64,000 bases of DNA from Sedimentisphaerales bacterium. Its GTDB lineage: Bacteria > Planctomycetota > Phycisphaerae > Sedimentisphaerales > SM23-30. The stretch covers positions 773,473-837,472 of the forward strand of contig OY759675.1 of NCBI GenBank assembly GCA_963662515.1. The letters run 5' to 3'. Under the pieces are notes generated by a model. It was not told the DNA's origin. It made no database searches and was given only the letters and a program-made list of their open reading frames with translations. Positions 10,066-19,340 of this stretch are shown piece after piece; within the stretch, counting starts at the first letter, position 1, and each line of letters begins with the position of its first letter. Made by a program: the position numbers and the translations under genes.

Positions 10066-11244
10066 ATGAATAAGTATATAACAAAAATAGTGATGTTTAC
10101 GACAGCCTTGTTTATGGCTGTTCCTGTACTGGCGATAGAGCTGGACACAACTGAGATAGGTTTCCCAATCGAGAAGGTTGAGATGCACGGCTTCTTCGCC
10201 CAGGGCTATATGAAGAGTTCAAATAACAGCGTTTTTGGTGAAAGTCATGATGGTACACTTGATCTGCGTGACTTTGGTGTTAACTTCTCTGGCTATCTGA
10301 CAGAAGATATTCTTTTAGCTGTGCAGTTTATGGGTTACAGCCTGGGCGACCAGGGTGGTGACAAGATCAATCTGCATTATGGTATATTTGACTATAACTA
10401 TTGTGATGAACTTGGCTTCAGGGCCGGGCGTGTGCGTGTTCCGCTGGGGTTGTACAATGAGACTCGAGATATTGACATGCTTCGTACGAGCATCTTCCTG
10501 CCTCAGAGTGTTTACCCGGAGACCAGTCGTGATTATTTTGCTTCGACTGATGCGGTTTCTCTGTATGGTGGATTTGATCTGGAAGAAATGGGTTTCCTGT
10601 CATATCAGACCCATATAGGCAAGCTGATAAATGATGATGACCCAACCAGTGACCTGACATATCTCTTCAGGGGGCTGGGATTTTACGATATGCATTATGA
10701 AAATGGTAATAGTGCCGGAGCTCAGTTGTTGTGGGATACTCCGGTTCAGGGGTTGCGTACAGCCTGGAGCTGGCGTCGTATAGATAATACTGCTATAGGT
10801 ACAATTGAAGTTCCCGGCGTAGGTCCTTTGGCAATTCCGATAACAGTTACCAACCATTGTAATCAGGTCTGGTCAGTTGAATATCAGATAGATAAGCTGA
10901 CACTTTCAGCTGAGACCAGCAGAGTGACAATTGATGGTCTGCCGGATGCTACTGGTTGGTATGCCGGTGCAAATTATGAGATAACAGAAAAGTTCTCATT
11001 GGGCGGCAATTATAGTAGGTATGCTTACGATCGTGGTAATGCCTCAGGTACAAATCCTGATCTGATGAATGGTTTTCAGCATACAGTATCGCTTTATGGT
11101 AAGTACAATATCACACCAAGCTGGATAGTGAAGGCTCAGGTTGATATGAACAGAGGTACTGCGTTAAATCAGAATTTCTCTCGTACAGCAGGCGATGAAC
11201 TGGAAAGCACACTGTTTGCAGTTAAGACCAGCTGGTCATTCTGA
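10066..11244 (+). CDS. outer-membrane beta-barrel protein, paralog 2
   Basis: Same architecture as paralog 1 and ends AVKTSWSF. There are many substitutions and indels relative to paralog 1, especially at LINDDDPTSDLTYLFRGLGFYDMHYENGNS. Confidence 0.8.
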   Translation: MNKYITKIVMFTTALFMAVPVLAIELDTTEIGFPIEKVEMHGFFAQGYMKSSNNSVFGESHDGTLDLRDFGVNFSGYLTEDILLAVQFMGYSLGDQGGDKINLHYGIFDYNYCDELGFRAGRVRVPLGLYNETRDIDMLRTSIFLPQSVYPETSRDYFASTDAVSLYGGFDLEEMGFLSYQTHIGKLINDDDPTSDLTYLFRGLGFYDMHYENGNSAGAQLLWDTPVQGLRTAWSWRRIDNTAIGTIEVPGVGPLAIPITVTNHCNQVWSVEYQIDKLTLSAETSRVTIDGLPDATGWYAGANYEITEKFSLGGNYSRYAYDRGNASGTNPDLMNGFQHTVSLYGKYNITPSWIVKAQVDMNRGTALNQNFSRTAGDELESTLFAVKTSWSF

Positions 11245-11271
11245 TAATTATCCTTTAAGTCAAAAAATTGT

Positions 11272-11302
11272 AGCCGCAGGAGGGGGCTCCTGCGGCTTTT
11301 TG
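11272..11302 (+). terminator. rho-independent terminator after barrel 2
   Basis: AGCCGCAGG-loop-CCTGCGGCT followed by TTTTT. It is homologous to the terminator at 9513. Confidence 0.7.
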
Positions 11303-11341
11303 TCCGTAATACAATGTTTCCTATGGTATGGAGATGAAAAA

Positions 11342-11800
11342 ATGAAATTACTAAGAGCGACATTGATGGTATTGGCAGTGTTTGGTGTTATGTTGACACA
11401 GACAGCCAGTGCTCAGGAAGTGGCCGCATCAGACATAGTGCTGGTGGCCAATGCCGATGTGCCGGGTACGACGCTGGACGCAGCGACAGTAGAAAATATC
11501 TTTACCGGTAAGACCTCATCAGTAGGTGATAAGAAAGTAGAGATCACCATATTAAAAGCCGGAGCTGTGCATGAGGCCTTCTTAAAACATTATATTAAGA
11601 AGACCGACAGTCAGTTCATCAACAGTTGGAAGAAACTGGTATTTTCCGGTAAGAGCAAGATGCCCAAAGACTTTGCCACAGAAAAAGAGATGGTAGAGTA
11701 TATAGCCAAGACTTCCGGTGCTATCGGTTATGTGCATGTTAATACTTCCAAGGACGGCAGTATTATGACAGACAAGGTTAAGGCGATAACAATTAAATAA
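11342..11800 (+). CDS. small secreted PBP-like protein, copy 3
   Basis: Protein identical to copy 2. Six third-position nucleotide differences were seen by eye. The ORF-track start at 11195 reads through the terminator and is not credible. Confidence 0.75.
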   Translation: MKLLRATLMVLAVFGVMLTQTASAQEVAASDIVLVANADVPGTTLDAATVENIFTGKTSSVGDKKVEITILKAGAVHEAFLKHYIKKTDSQFINSWKKLVFSGKSKMPKDFATEKEMVEYIAKTSGAIGYVHVNTSKDGSIMTDKVKAITIK

Positions 11801-11823
11801 TGGGATATGGTGAGGATATGATC

Positions 11824-13008
11824 ATGGATAAGTATATAACAAAAATAGCAATGGTTATGACAGCCTTGTTTATGGCTGTTCCTGTGCTGGCGATAGAGTT
11901 TAATACTGCTGAGATAGGGTTCCCGATTGAAACAGTTGAAGTTCATGGATTTTTCAGCCAAGGTTATATGAAAAGCTCTAATAATAATGTATATTCCAAA
12001 TCACATGAAGGTACTTTGGATCTTAGGGATTTTGGTATAAACTTTTCTGGGTATCTAACAGAGGATATTCGGCTAGCGGCTCAATTTATGGGCTATTCGC
12101 TGGGAGATCTTGGAAAAGACCATATTAACCTGCATTATGGTTATGTTGACTATAACATAGCAGATGAACTTGGTTTCCGTGCAGGTCGTGTTCGTGTGCC
12201 GGCAGGTTTGTATAATGAGACTCGAGATATTGATATGCTCAGAACAAGTATTTTTTTACCACAAAGTGTATATCCTGAAGTATATCGAGATTTCTTTGCC
12301 TCTGTTGATGCGGTTTCAATTTATGGTAATATTGATTTAAATGATTTAGGGTCATTAAACTATTCAGCGCATGTTGGTACTTTGGTTAATGACGAAGACC
12401 CGGCCAGTGACCTGCCGTTTTTATATGGCAGCTCAGGTTTGTATGATATCTATTTTGACCGTGGATGTTCAGCTGGTGCTCAGCTTGTATGGTACACTCC
12501 TGTTAATGGTTTGGTTTTAGGCTGGACATGGCGTAGAATAGATAATATTATTCAAGCCAAAGTTGACACCCCCGGTGGGACAATTAATGTTACCCCAGAA
12601 ATTGATAATTTTGGCACTCAGATTTGGTCGGTTGAGTACACAACTGGGAAGTTGGTGCTAAATGGTGAGCTTACGGTTCTGACTGAACACAGAAACGGAA
12701 CTGGTCCGGCTGCTATGGGTTGGTACACCGGGGCAGAATATGAGTTGACCGACAAGTTTTCTGTAGGTGGTAATTATAGTACATATCATAATGAGGCAGG
12801 GGCGTCTTTCTTACGAAGGGCAGATCCGGTTCAGAATTATGAGGACACATTCTCTGTTTACGGTTGTTATGATATAACAGATAGCTGGCTGGTGAAGGCT
12901 CAGGTAGATTACAATAAAGGAACAGGCCGTCATCGTAATTCATATTCTTCCGCTACAGATGAGATCGATAGTGTGCTGTTTTCAGTTAAGACCACCTGGT
13001 CATTCTGA
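11824..13008 (+). CDS. outer-membrane beta-barrel protein, paralog 3
   Basis: Same family (GFPIE..HGFFSQGYMKSSNN..YNETRDIDMLRTSIFLPQSVYPE) and ends SVKTTWSF. Confidence 0.8.
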   Translation: MDKYITKIAMVMTALFMAVPVLAIEFNTAEIGFPIETVEVHGFFSQGYMKSSNNNVYSKSHEGTLDLRDFGINFSGYLTEDIRLAAQFMGYSLGDLGKDHINLHYGYVDYNIADELGFRAGRVRVPAGLYNETRDIDMLRTSIFLPQSVYPEVYRDFFASVDAVSIYGNIDLNDLGSLNYSAHVGTLVNDEDPASDLPFLYGSSGLYDIYFDRGCSAGAQLVWYTPVNGLVLGWTWRRIDNIIQAKVDTPGGTINVTPEIDNFGTQIWSVEYTTGKLVLNGELTVLTEHRNGTGPAAMGWYTGAEYELTDKFSVGGNYSTYHNEAGASFLRRADPVQNYEDTFSVYGCYDITDSWLVKAQVDYNKGTGRHRNSYSSATDEIDSVLFSVKTTWSF

Positions 13009-13273
13009 TATTAGCTAAATATTCAAGCATGGAAGCTCCAGTGTAAAATCTGCGGCTTTCATGCTTGTGATTTATCAGCTCCCAGAAACGAGTATGTTGT
13101 ATCAAGCATTGGTAATGTGGTGCCAGAGTATTAGATCAGATTGGGCGGGGGTCAGTCTGGTCATGTACTCTGGTAAGTAGTAAAAAGTTTATTCTGGTCA
13201 GGGATGACAGAGTAAGTACAGATAAGGTTGGGGCGAGAGCCCTTAATAGAAGATTATTGTAAGGAGTTAAAAT

Positions 13274-14461
13274 ATGTATAGATCGATGATTAAAGTAGCA
13301 TTAGTTTTTGCTGGTTTGTGTCTGGCGGTGCCGGTTTCGGCTATAGAGCTGGATACAACTGAGATCGGTTTCCCGATCGAGAAGATCCAGATGCATGGTT
13401 TCTTTTCGCAGGGTTTTATGAAGAGTTCCAATAATGATGTATATGAAGGCAGTCGTGATGGTTCCTTTGACCTGCGTGAGTATGGCGTGAATTTTAGTGG
13501 CAATCTTACCGATGAACTGCTGCTGGCTGCCCAGATTATGGGGTATAGCCTGGGTGGGCAGGGCGGTGATGAAATATTTCTGCATTATGGTCTGGCTGAT
13601 TATCGGGTGAACGATAATTTTGGTATAAGGGCCGGTCGTATGCGTATCCCGGCGGGTCTTTATAATGAGACTCGCGATATTGACATGGTGCGTAAGTCAG
13701 TTATTTTACCACAGAATGTATATTCAGAATATTATCGCGATTACTACTCAGCTCTCGATGGTGGTAGTATTTACGGTGGCTTTGATCTGGATGATCTGGG
13801 TTATCTCTCATATCAGGCCGGTATAGGCAAGCCGATAACTAATGAGAGTGAAACGGGTGATTTTCCTTATAATTTTGGTGCCTTTGGGAATGGTGTAGTA
13901 GAAGGTCTCCGTAATATAAGCTATGCTGAAACTCATAGTGCCAATTTTCAGTTACTTTATGAGACCCCGGTAGATGGTCTGCGTGTAGGATATACCTGGC
14001 GTCGGCTTGATGCTGAATTTGCCGGCGAAGGTTGGGTGCCGGCCTTTGGTGTATGGGTGCCAATGAGTTTAGATATGAAAAACTATGTTAATCAGATATA
14101 TTCAATAGAGTATCAGGTAGGTCGTTTGACGCTGGTAACCGAAGCAGTGGTTCGTACCTCTGATGGTACCAAGCAGAATCAGGGCTGGTACAGTGGCATA
14201 GATTATGATCTGACCGATAAACTTGGTGCTGGTGTTTATTATGCTGAGTATGTTTCTACTGATGAATCAACTGATTATAAGAAGGCTGACCAGAAGACTA
14301 TTTCGCTTTTCAGTCGTTATAATATAACTGATAGCTGGCTGGTAAAAGGGCAGGTTGACTTTAACGATGGTAATGGTAATGCCCCGTGGCCGACCAAGAG
14401 ATATGCTACAGACGGCGGCGACAGTGTATTGTTCTCAGTAAAGACCACCTGGTCGTTCTGA
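13274..14461 (+). CDS. outer-membrane beta-barrel protein, paralog 4 (no preceding small gene)
   Basis: Same family. It has its own RBS (TAAGGAG), is the most diverged of the four, and ends SVKTTWSF. Confidence 0.8.
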   Translation: MYRSMIKVALVFAGLCLAVPVSAIELDTTEIGFPIEKIQMHGFFSQGFMKSSNNDVYEGSRDGSFDLREYGVNFSGNLTDELLLAAQIMGYSLGGQGGDEIFLHYGLADYRVNDNFGIRAGRMRIPAGLYNETRDIDMVRKSVILPQNVYSEYYRDYYSALDGGSIYGGFDLDDLGYLSYQAGIGKPITNESETGDFPYNFGAFGNGVVEGLRNISYAETHSANFQLLYETPVDGLRVGYTWRRLDAEFAGEGWVPAFGVWVPMSLDMKNYVNQIYSIEYQVGRLTLVTEAVVRTSDGTKQNQGWYSGIDYDLTDKLGAGVYYAEYVSTDESTDYKKADQKTISLFSRYNITDSWLVKGQVDFNDGNGNAPWPTKRYATDGGDSVLFSVKTTWSF

Positions 14462-14485
14462 GATAGTGTTAATTATAGGACATTA

Positions 14486-14531
14486 AACGCATTATGTCGG
14501 AGTATAGCCCCGGCGTAATGCGTTTTTTTTT
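14486..14531 (+). terminator. rho-independent terminator closing the barrel array
   Basis: AAACGCATTAT-loop-GTAATGCGTTT followed by T9. Confidence 0.7.
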
Positions 14532-14904
14532 ATAGCCGGCAAAGCGGTATTGTGCGGTTATTGGTTTAATTTATAGTATATTCTTACATATGGAAGTTGA
14601 TTGTCGTGGTAGGGTATAAGTGGTAATTATGAGTGAACTTGCACGAGTGTGATGTAATATGCGTTAGTAATGCCAAAGATGACATATTAGCCTCTGATGA
14701 ACTCTGTGGTTTTGGGGGTTGATGTCAGCAAGACAGGCTTTTCTGGCTGTTTTTTTTGACTTTATCTGCTTATAGCACCCAAAAATATATCCGATGATAG
14801 AACGGGAGACTGTGTATGTAAATATATAGTCTGGGCGATATATTATTGGACTTTTCTCCTGATGCAGGCAAGGTCATTGGGGTCCGAAAAACTGAGGTCA
14901 GATT

Positions 14905-16047
14905 ATGACAATGGAAAATATGGTACAACGCAGATCAGAGGCTGTTTATATAGTTGATGAAGAGGGGCGTATAATACACAGCTGTCGTAATTATGCTGAT
15001 GGTGGCGTTAGTATGCTGCCGGAGCAGGGGAGTATTTGTTCGGTTATATGTCATAAGAGCCCTTGCGATAAATGTCTGCTGCAAACTGCCTTAGAGAGCG
15101 GTGAATGTCAGCATCAGCAGCGAAATGCAGATGGTGGTATTGTCCATGTTCGCATCTGGCCTATAAGTGCCGAGGTGCTGGGTAAGAAATTTGCCATACT
15201 GTTCTGGCAGGATATTTCCAGTCAGAAGAATATGGAGGCCCAGTTATACCATAGTCAGAAGCTCGAGGCTATAGGCGAGCTGGCCGCAGGCGTGGCCCAT
15301 GAGATCAATAATCCGCTGGGCTTTATCTATGGTAATCTCAAGGTCATGCAGGAGTATGCAGAGGTATTCAAAAAGAGCATGGAGCTGATGAGGCAGTTAG
15401 GTCAGGCAGGTCCGGATAAAGCGGAAAATCTACTGGAGCAGTTAGTTGCTCTTGATCAGGTCGAAGATCTGGAGACCATAGCAGCCGATATCGACAGTCT
15501 GCTGGCTGATAGTGTATCTGGTGCTGCCAGGGTGACTGAGATAGTGTCGAATCTCAAGTCATTTGCCCGTCCGGATTCTAAAGAGAAGCGGGATTACAGT
15601 GTAAATGATGGCCTGATAAGTACGCTTAAGATATTGAATAATGAGTTGAAATATAAATGTACGGTAATAACAGACTTTGAAGAGGTGCCTGATATAGAAT
15701 GTTATCCGGGCGAGCTTAACCAGGTATTTGTTAATATTATAGTTAATGCCGCCCAGGCGATAGCAGAGCATGGCGAGATACGAATAAAGACCTGGGCTCA
15801 GCAGGATAATATATGTATTGAGGTAGCAGATTCGGGTTGTGGTATCAAGCCCTGTGATATAGATCATATCTTTGACCCGTTTTTCAGTACCAAGCCAGTA
15901 GGTAAAGGTACGGGGTTGGGTTTGTCGGTCTCGCACGGCATAGTAGAAAAGCACGGCGGCCGAATAGAAGTTAAAAGTGAGCTGGGAGTCGGTACGGTTT
16001 TTACTATAATCCTGCCCGCCCAAAGACAGGCATCGTATCAAAAATGA
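14905..16047 (+). CDS. cytoplasmic sensor histidine kinase (Cys-rich PAS-like N-domain)
   Basis: H-box LAAGVAHEINNPL, N-box NIIVNAAQA, G1 DSGCGI and G2 GTGLGLSV. The N-terminal ~110 aa carries CSVICHKSPCDKC. No TM segment is seen. Confidence 0.85.
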   Translation: MTMENMVQRRSEAVYIVDEEGRIIHSCRNYADGGVSMLPEQGSICSVICHKSPCDKCLLQTALESGECQHQQRNADGGIVHVRIWPISAEVLGKKFAILFWQDISSQKNMEAQLYHSQKLEAIGELAAGVAHEINNPLGFIYGNLKVMQEYAEVFKKSMELMRQLGQAGPDKAENLLEQLVALDQVEDLETIAADIDSLLADSVSGAARVTEIVSNLKSFARPDSKEKRDYSVNDGLISTLKILNNELKYKCTVITDFEEVPDIECYPGELNQVFVNIIVNAAQAIAEHGEIRIKTWAQQDNICIEVADSGCGIKPCDIDHIFDPFFSTKPVGKGTGLGLSVSHGIVEKHGGRIEVKSELGVGTVFTIILPAQRQASYQK

Positions 16048-16054
16048 GGAAGTA

Positions 16055-17587
16055 ATGATTCGAGCGAAGATAAAAACAAAGATATGGCTGGTATTGGGCC
16101 TGCTGATGACCAGTATATTGGTCAATCATATTACCAGTAATATCTCTGCGCATTACAATGCAAAAAGGATTGCGACGGTACAAAATAATCTTATTCCCCT
16201 GGCCAGGGCTGGCGATTCCTGTGTGGTAATATATCAGAATCAGATAAGTATGTATCAGGACGCGGTTGTATTTGGCGATAAGAGCATATTGGATCAGGCA
16301 GGGAAATTGCGTATAGAAATTGCCCGCCGGTTTGAAGAAATGCTGGCTGATACATATCTCACGCCCGAGGCCAAGCAGAATATAGCCCGGATCTTTGATG
16401 ATTACAGTCAGTTTGCCATAGCAGCTGAATATGTATATGGTATGCTGGCCAGTAATGATGCCGATAAAGTGCTGGAAGCTCAGCGTCTGACCCCTGAGCT
16501 GAGCGATAACAGTGATAAATTGCTCAAACGCATTACAGTTATGTCTGAGCACCTTGGCAGTTTACTCCGTCAGGAACTGGCCGGTGTAGTGGGCAGTACT
16601 CATCGGGTTAATACTGTGCTTTTGGTAATTTCTCTGCTGGTGATCATTTTAGTAATGCTAATTAATATTTTCATTGTCAAGGTATCGATAATAAGGCCTG
16701 TGACTGATGTGTATGAACAGCTTGATAAAGTGCAGAAGACTCGTGAGATAGAAGGTAAGTTATATCAACGAAATCGACTTGAATCTCTGGGAGAGCTTGC
16801 CGGCGGTATTGCCAGTGAGATAAGTGAGCCCCTTAACAGGATACAAAAAGGGCTGACTTTGTTAAATGAATATTCCGAGGTAGTTCAGCAGGTGGTAAAG
16901 TTATCGGATGAGATATCTCAGGCGAAGCCGGAGCATTTACCAGAGCTGACTGGCAAACTACGCATGCTGCAACAGCGAACAGACTTTGCCGATGCAGTAG
17001 ATAATGCTGAAGAGGTGATCAGCGATTGTGCTGAATCGGTAGCCAAAGCCAATGGCATAATATCTGACATGCAGTCTTTTGTCAGTCTGGGCGATGGTGA
17101 GCCGGTTCGCTATAATGTGGTAGATGGTGTAAAATCGGTTTTGCAGATCATGCAGCGTGAGATCAGCGAAAAATGTACTGTGCGAGAAGATTTTGCGGTA
17201 GTATCTGATATAGTCTGTTATCCTGGCGAGGTGAACCAGGCCTTAATGAATGTATTACATAATGCAGTTCATGCTGTGGGGGGTGGCGGTTTGGTAGAGG
17301 TGAGCGTCTGGGAGGAAAGTGCCATAGTCAATGTCCAGATAAAGGATAATGGCTGCGGCATGAGTCCGGATGAGCTGGCTCACATATTTGATCCGTTTTA
17401 TTCCATGAGTAGTACTGAGCTTTGGCGTGGTCTGGGGCTGCCGGTAGCACAGAGTATAATACGAGGTATGAACGGTCAGATACTGGTCGATAGTCAGTTG
17501 GGTAAGGGTACGGTCTTTACAATAATGTTGCCGGTAGTAGCCAGGCAGAAACAGCAGATGCCAGCGGAAGTGCCGCAAGGTGAATAG
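16055..17587 (+). CDS. membrane sensor kinase-like protein lacking the phospho-acceptor His
   Basis: Two TM segments flank a ~170-aa helical periplasmic-like domain. The H-box position reads LAGGIASEISEPL, with Ser (codon 16814-16816) where the neighbouring kinase has His. The ATP-binding boxes are intact (NVLHNAVHA, DNGCGM, GLGLPV). Confidence 0.8.
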   Translation: MIRAKIKTKIWLVLGLLMTSILVNHITSNISAHYNAKRIATVQNNLIPLARAGDSCVVIYQNQISMYQDAVVFGDKSILDQAGKLRIEIARRFEEMLADTYLTPEAKQNIARIFDDYSQFAIAAEYVYGMLASNDADKVLEAQRLTPELSDNSDKLLKRITVMSEHLGSLLRQELAGVVGSTHRVNTVLLVISLLVIILVMLINIFIVKVSIIRPVTDVYEQLDKVQKTREIEGKLYQRNRLESLGELAGGIASEISEPLNRIQKGLTLLNEYSEVVQQVVKLSDEISQAKPEHLPELTGKLRMLQQRTDFADAVDNAEEVISDCAESVAKANGIISDMQSFVSLGDGEPVRYNVVDGVKSVLQIMQREISEKCTVREDFAVVSDIVCYPGEVNQALMNVLHNAVHAVGGGGLVEVSVWEESAIVNVQIKDNGCGMSPDELAHIFDPFYSMSSTELWRGLGLPVAQSIIRGMNGQILVDSQLGKGTVFTIMLPVVARQKQQMPAEVPQGE

Positions 17588-17588
17588 T

Positions 17589-18404
17589 ATGTCCCGAGAA
17601 GAAAAAGAGCTGAGAAAAGTACTTTTCGTTGATGATGAGCGGTCGATATTATCGACCTTGCAGCGGACACTGCGTCGTGAGCCTTATGAGATCATGACCT
17701 GTGATAATGCTCTTGATGCTCTGGAACTGGTGTCTGCTAACGATATAAATGTAGTCATAGCTGATCAGCGTATGCCTGATATGCCCGGTACAGAATTTCT
17801 GCAAAAAGTGCGTGAAATAAGCCCTGATACTGTTCGTGCGATCATATCGGGTTATGCCAATGCCGATATGATTGTTGACTCTATCAATCAGGGTGAAGTG
17901 TATCGATTTATTCCCAAGCCCTGGGAAGTGTCAGATCTTAAAGATGCGGTTAATCAATGTCTGCGTCATAGTGAAGTGCTGCTTGATAATCGGAACCTGA
18001 TACGAAAGGCTCATGCTCGTACGGTAGAGCTTAAGAGTCAGAAAGATTTGTTAGAAAACAAGGTAGAGCAGCGAAATATAATATTGGAATATACTCAGGA
18101 GATGCTGGAGTATATGCCGGTGTCAATGTTAGGTGTGAATATGAAAGGCGAGATATTGCTTTGTAATGAACATGCCCGCACTTCAATGGAAGAGTTGGTA
18201 GATTTTGAGCCTGGCTGTCAGTTAGTTCAGGTGTTTGGAGCAGAAGTATCTCGCCTGGCAGCAGAATCTCGTGATATGAGTTTGCGTGCGTGCCGAAGGT
18301 TTAATTTGCGTCGAGGTCAGTATGAATTTGAATTTATACCCCTAATGCGAAGTCGGATAAATGGACAATTAATAGTGATAAGGTATATAGGTCAGGTAGC
18401 CTGA
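17589..18404 (+). CDS. response regulator, REC + uncharacterised PAS-like C-terminal domain
   Basis: REC motifs are present: FVDDE, VVIADQRMPDMPG and KPW. No DNA-binding domain was recognised. Confidence 0.8.
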   Translation: MSREEKELRKVLFVDDERSILSTLQRTLRREPYEIMTCDNALDALELVSANDINVVIADQRMPDMPGTEFLQKVREISPDTVRAIISGYANADMIVDSINQGEVYRFIPKPWEVSDLKDAVNQCLRHSEVLLDNRNLIRKAHARTVELKSQKDLLENKVEQRNIILEYTQEMLEYMPVSMLGVNMKGEILLCNEHARTSMEELVDFEPGCQLVQVFGAEVSRLAAESRDMSLRACRRFNLRRGQYEFEFIPLMRSRINGQLIVIRYIGQVA

Positions 18405-18422
18405 TATGTGGGAGAGTAAATA

Positions 18423-19340
18423 ATGGAACGGAAGGTATTGATAGTTGATGATGAACTAAGCGTACTCAAGGCATTGGAGCGGGCCTTGCGGAAGGAAGGC
18501 TATGGTCTGTTGACAGCCGAAAGTGGTGAGCATGCCCTGGAGTTGCTCTCTGGTTACAAGGTGGCAGTGATCTTATCTGATATTAATATGCCCGGCATGA
18601 ATGGTATCGAGTTCCTTTCTCGTGCTCAGCAGGTATCTCCTGATTCGATCAAGATGGTATTGTCTGGCTATGCCGATATCGATCTGGTAATGGATGCGAT
18701 CAATCATGGTCATGTCTGGCGATATCTGACCAAGCCCTGGCAGCCGGAAGATGTGCGGGTAGCCATAGATAATGCTATGGGGTTGTATGATGTACGGGCT
18801 GAGCGAGAAAGCCTGCTGACTGCATTAGAGATAAAAAATCAGCAGCTGGTTAAGTGGAGCAATAAGCTCGAAGATATGGTTGATCGCCGTACTGAGCATA
18901 TACAAAATGAACTTATGCTTATGACCTGTCTTATGGAAGGCTGCGACCTGGAGTGCTTTTGCAGTAAGGTTATGCCCTTGTATGAAGAGCTGTTCGGTAC
19001 GGCTGATGTCAGTCTGTTCTCCGCTGCTGATGGTGTGTGCTATAATCGCTTTGGTATTGTAAATAAAGATCAGTGTCAGTGTGCCGATATCCTGGCCCAG
19101 GTACAGCAAGACAAGCAGCTTATTGCAGATAAGGATCAGGTAATGATTCCGGTTTTGAATAATGATATGCTGCTGGGGGCTTTGTGTATCAGGAATCATG
19201 CTGTATCATTGGATGATATTGGTCAGGACTATGAATCGTATATGGCTATAACATCAATAGCTATGCTGCACAATCTGATGAAGGTTAACACTCCGGACAT
19301 GATCAGGAATATAGAGAAGGTACTTCAGGAAATAGAATGA
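18423..19340 (+). CDS. response regulator, REC + uncharacterised (GAF-like?) C-terminal domain
   Basis: REC motifs are present: IVDDE, VILSDINMPGMNG and TKPW. The C-terminal ~170 aa is unassigned. Confidence 0.8.
   Translation: MERKVLIVDDELSVLKALERALRKEGYGLLTAESGEHALELLSGYKVAVILSDINMPGMNGIEFLSRAQQVSPDSIKMVLSGYADIDLVMDAINHGHVWRYLTKPWQPEDVRVAIDNAMGLYDVRAERESLLTALEIKNQQLVKWSNKLEDMVDRRTEHIQNELMLMTCLMEGCDLECFCSKVMPLYEELFGTADVSLFSAADGVCYNRFGIVNKDQCQCADILAQVQQDKQLIADKDQVMIPVLNNDMLLGALCIRNHAVSLDDIGQDYESYMAITSIAMLHNLMKVNTPDMIRNIEKVLQEIE

Larger units (their letters stand above)
7825..13008 (+). repeat. three tandem ~1758-bp two-gene units (small secreted gene + barrel gene)
   Basis: Small-gene starts at 7825, 9584 and 11342 give a period of 1759/1758 bp. 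The small-gene part is near-identical at nucleotide level, while the barrel part is strongly diverged. Confidence 0.9.

Noticed and set aside
8588-10618. Short alternate-frame ORFs recurring inside barrel genes (8588-8803 and 10355-10618).
   Set aside because: Their apparent conservation is a by-product of homology between the underlying barrel genes. They are Cys/Val/Leu-rich nonsense frames.
11195-11341. N-terminal 49-codon extension of the third small-protein ORF (ORF track 11195-11800).
   Set aside because: The extension overlaps the end of barrel 2, reads through its terminator hairpin and has no RBS. Copies 1 and 2 start at the homologous MKLLRAT codon, which follows GGAGATG.
7825-11800. 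Possibility that the three identical small genes are an assembly artefact (mis-joined repeat).
   Set aside because: Each copy is embedded between different, diverged barrel genes. Each also carries its own private synonymous differences, which an artefactual duplication would not produce. Read-level confirmation is still advisable.
14690-14760. Possible terminator or sRNA end (..CAGCAAGACAGGCTTTTCTGGCTGTTTTTTTT) upstream of HK1.
   Set aside because: The stem is only ~4-5 bp with mismatches, which is too weak to call. I note it only as a T8 run.
15559-16552. 188-aa and 182-aa minus-strand ORFs across the HK1/HK2 junction.
   Set aside because: They are antisense to two kinases with clear H, N and G boxes, and they carry no motifs.
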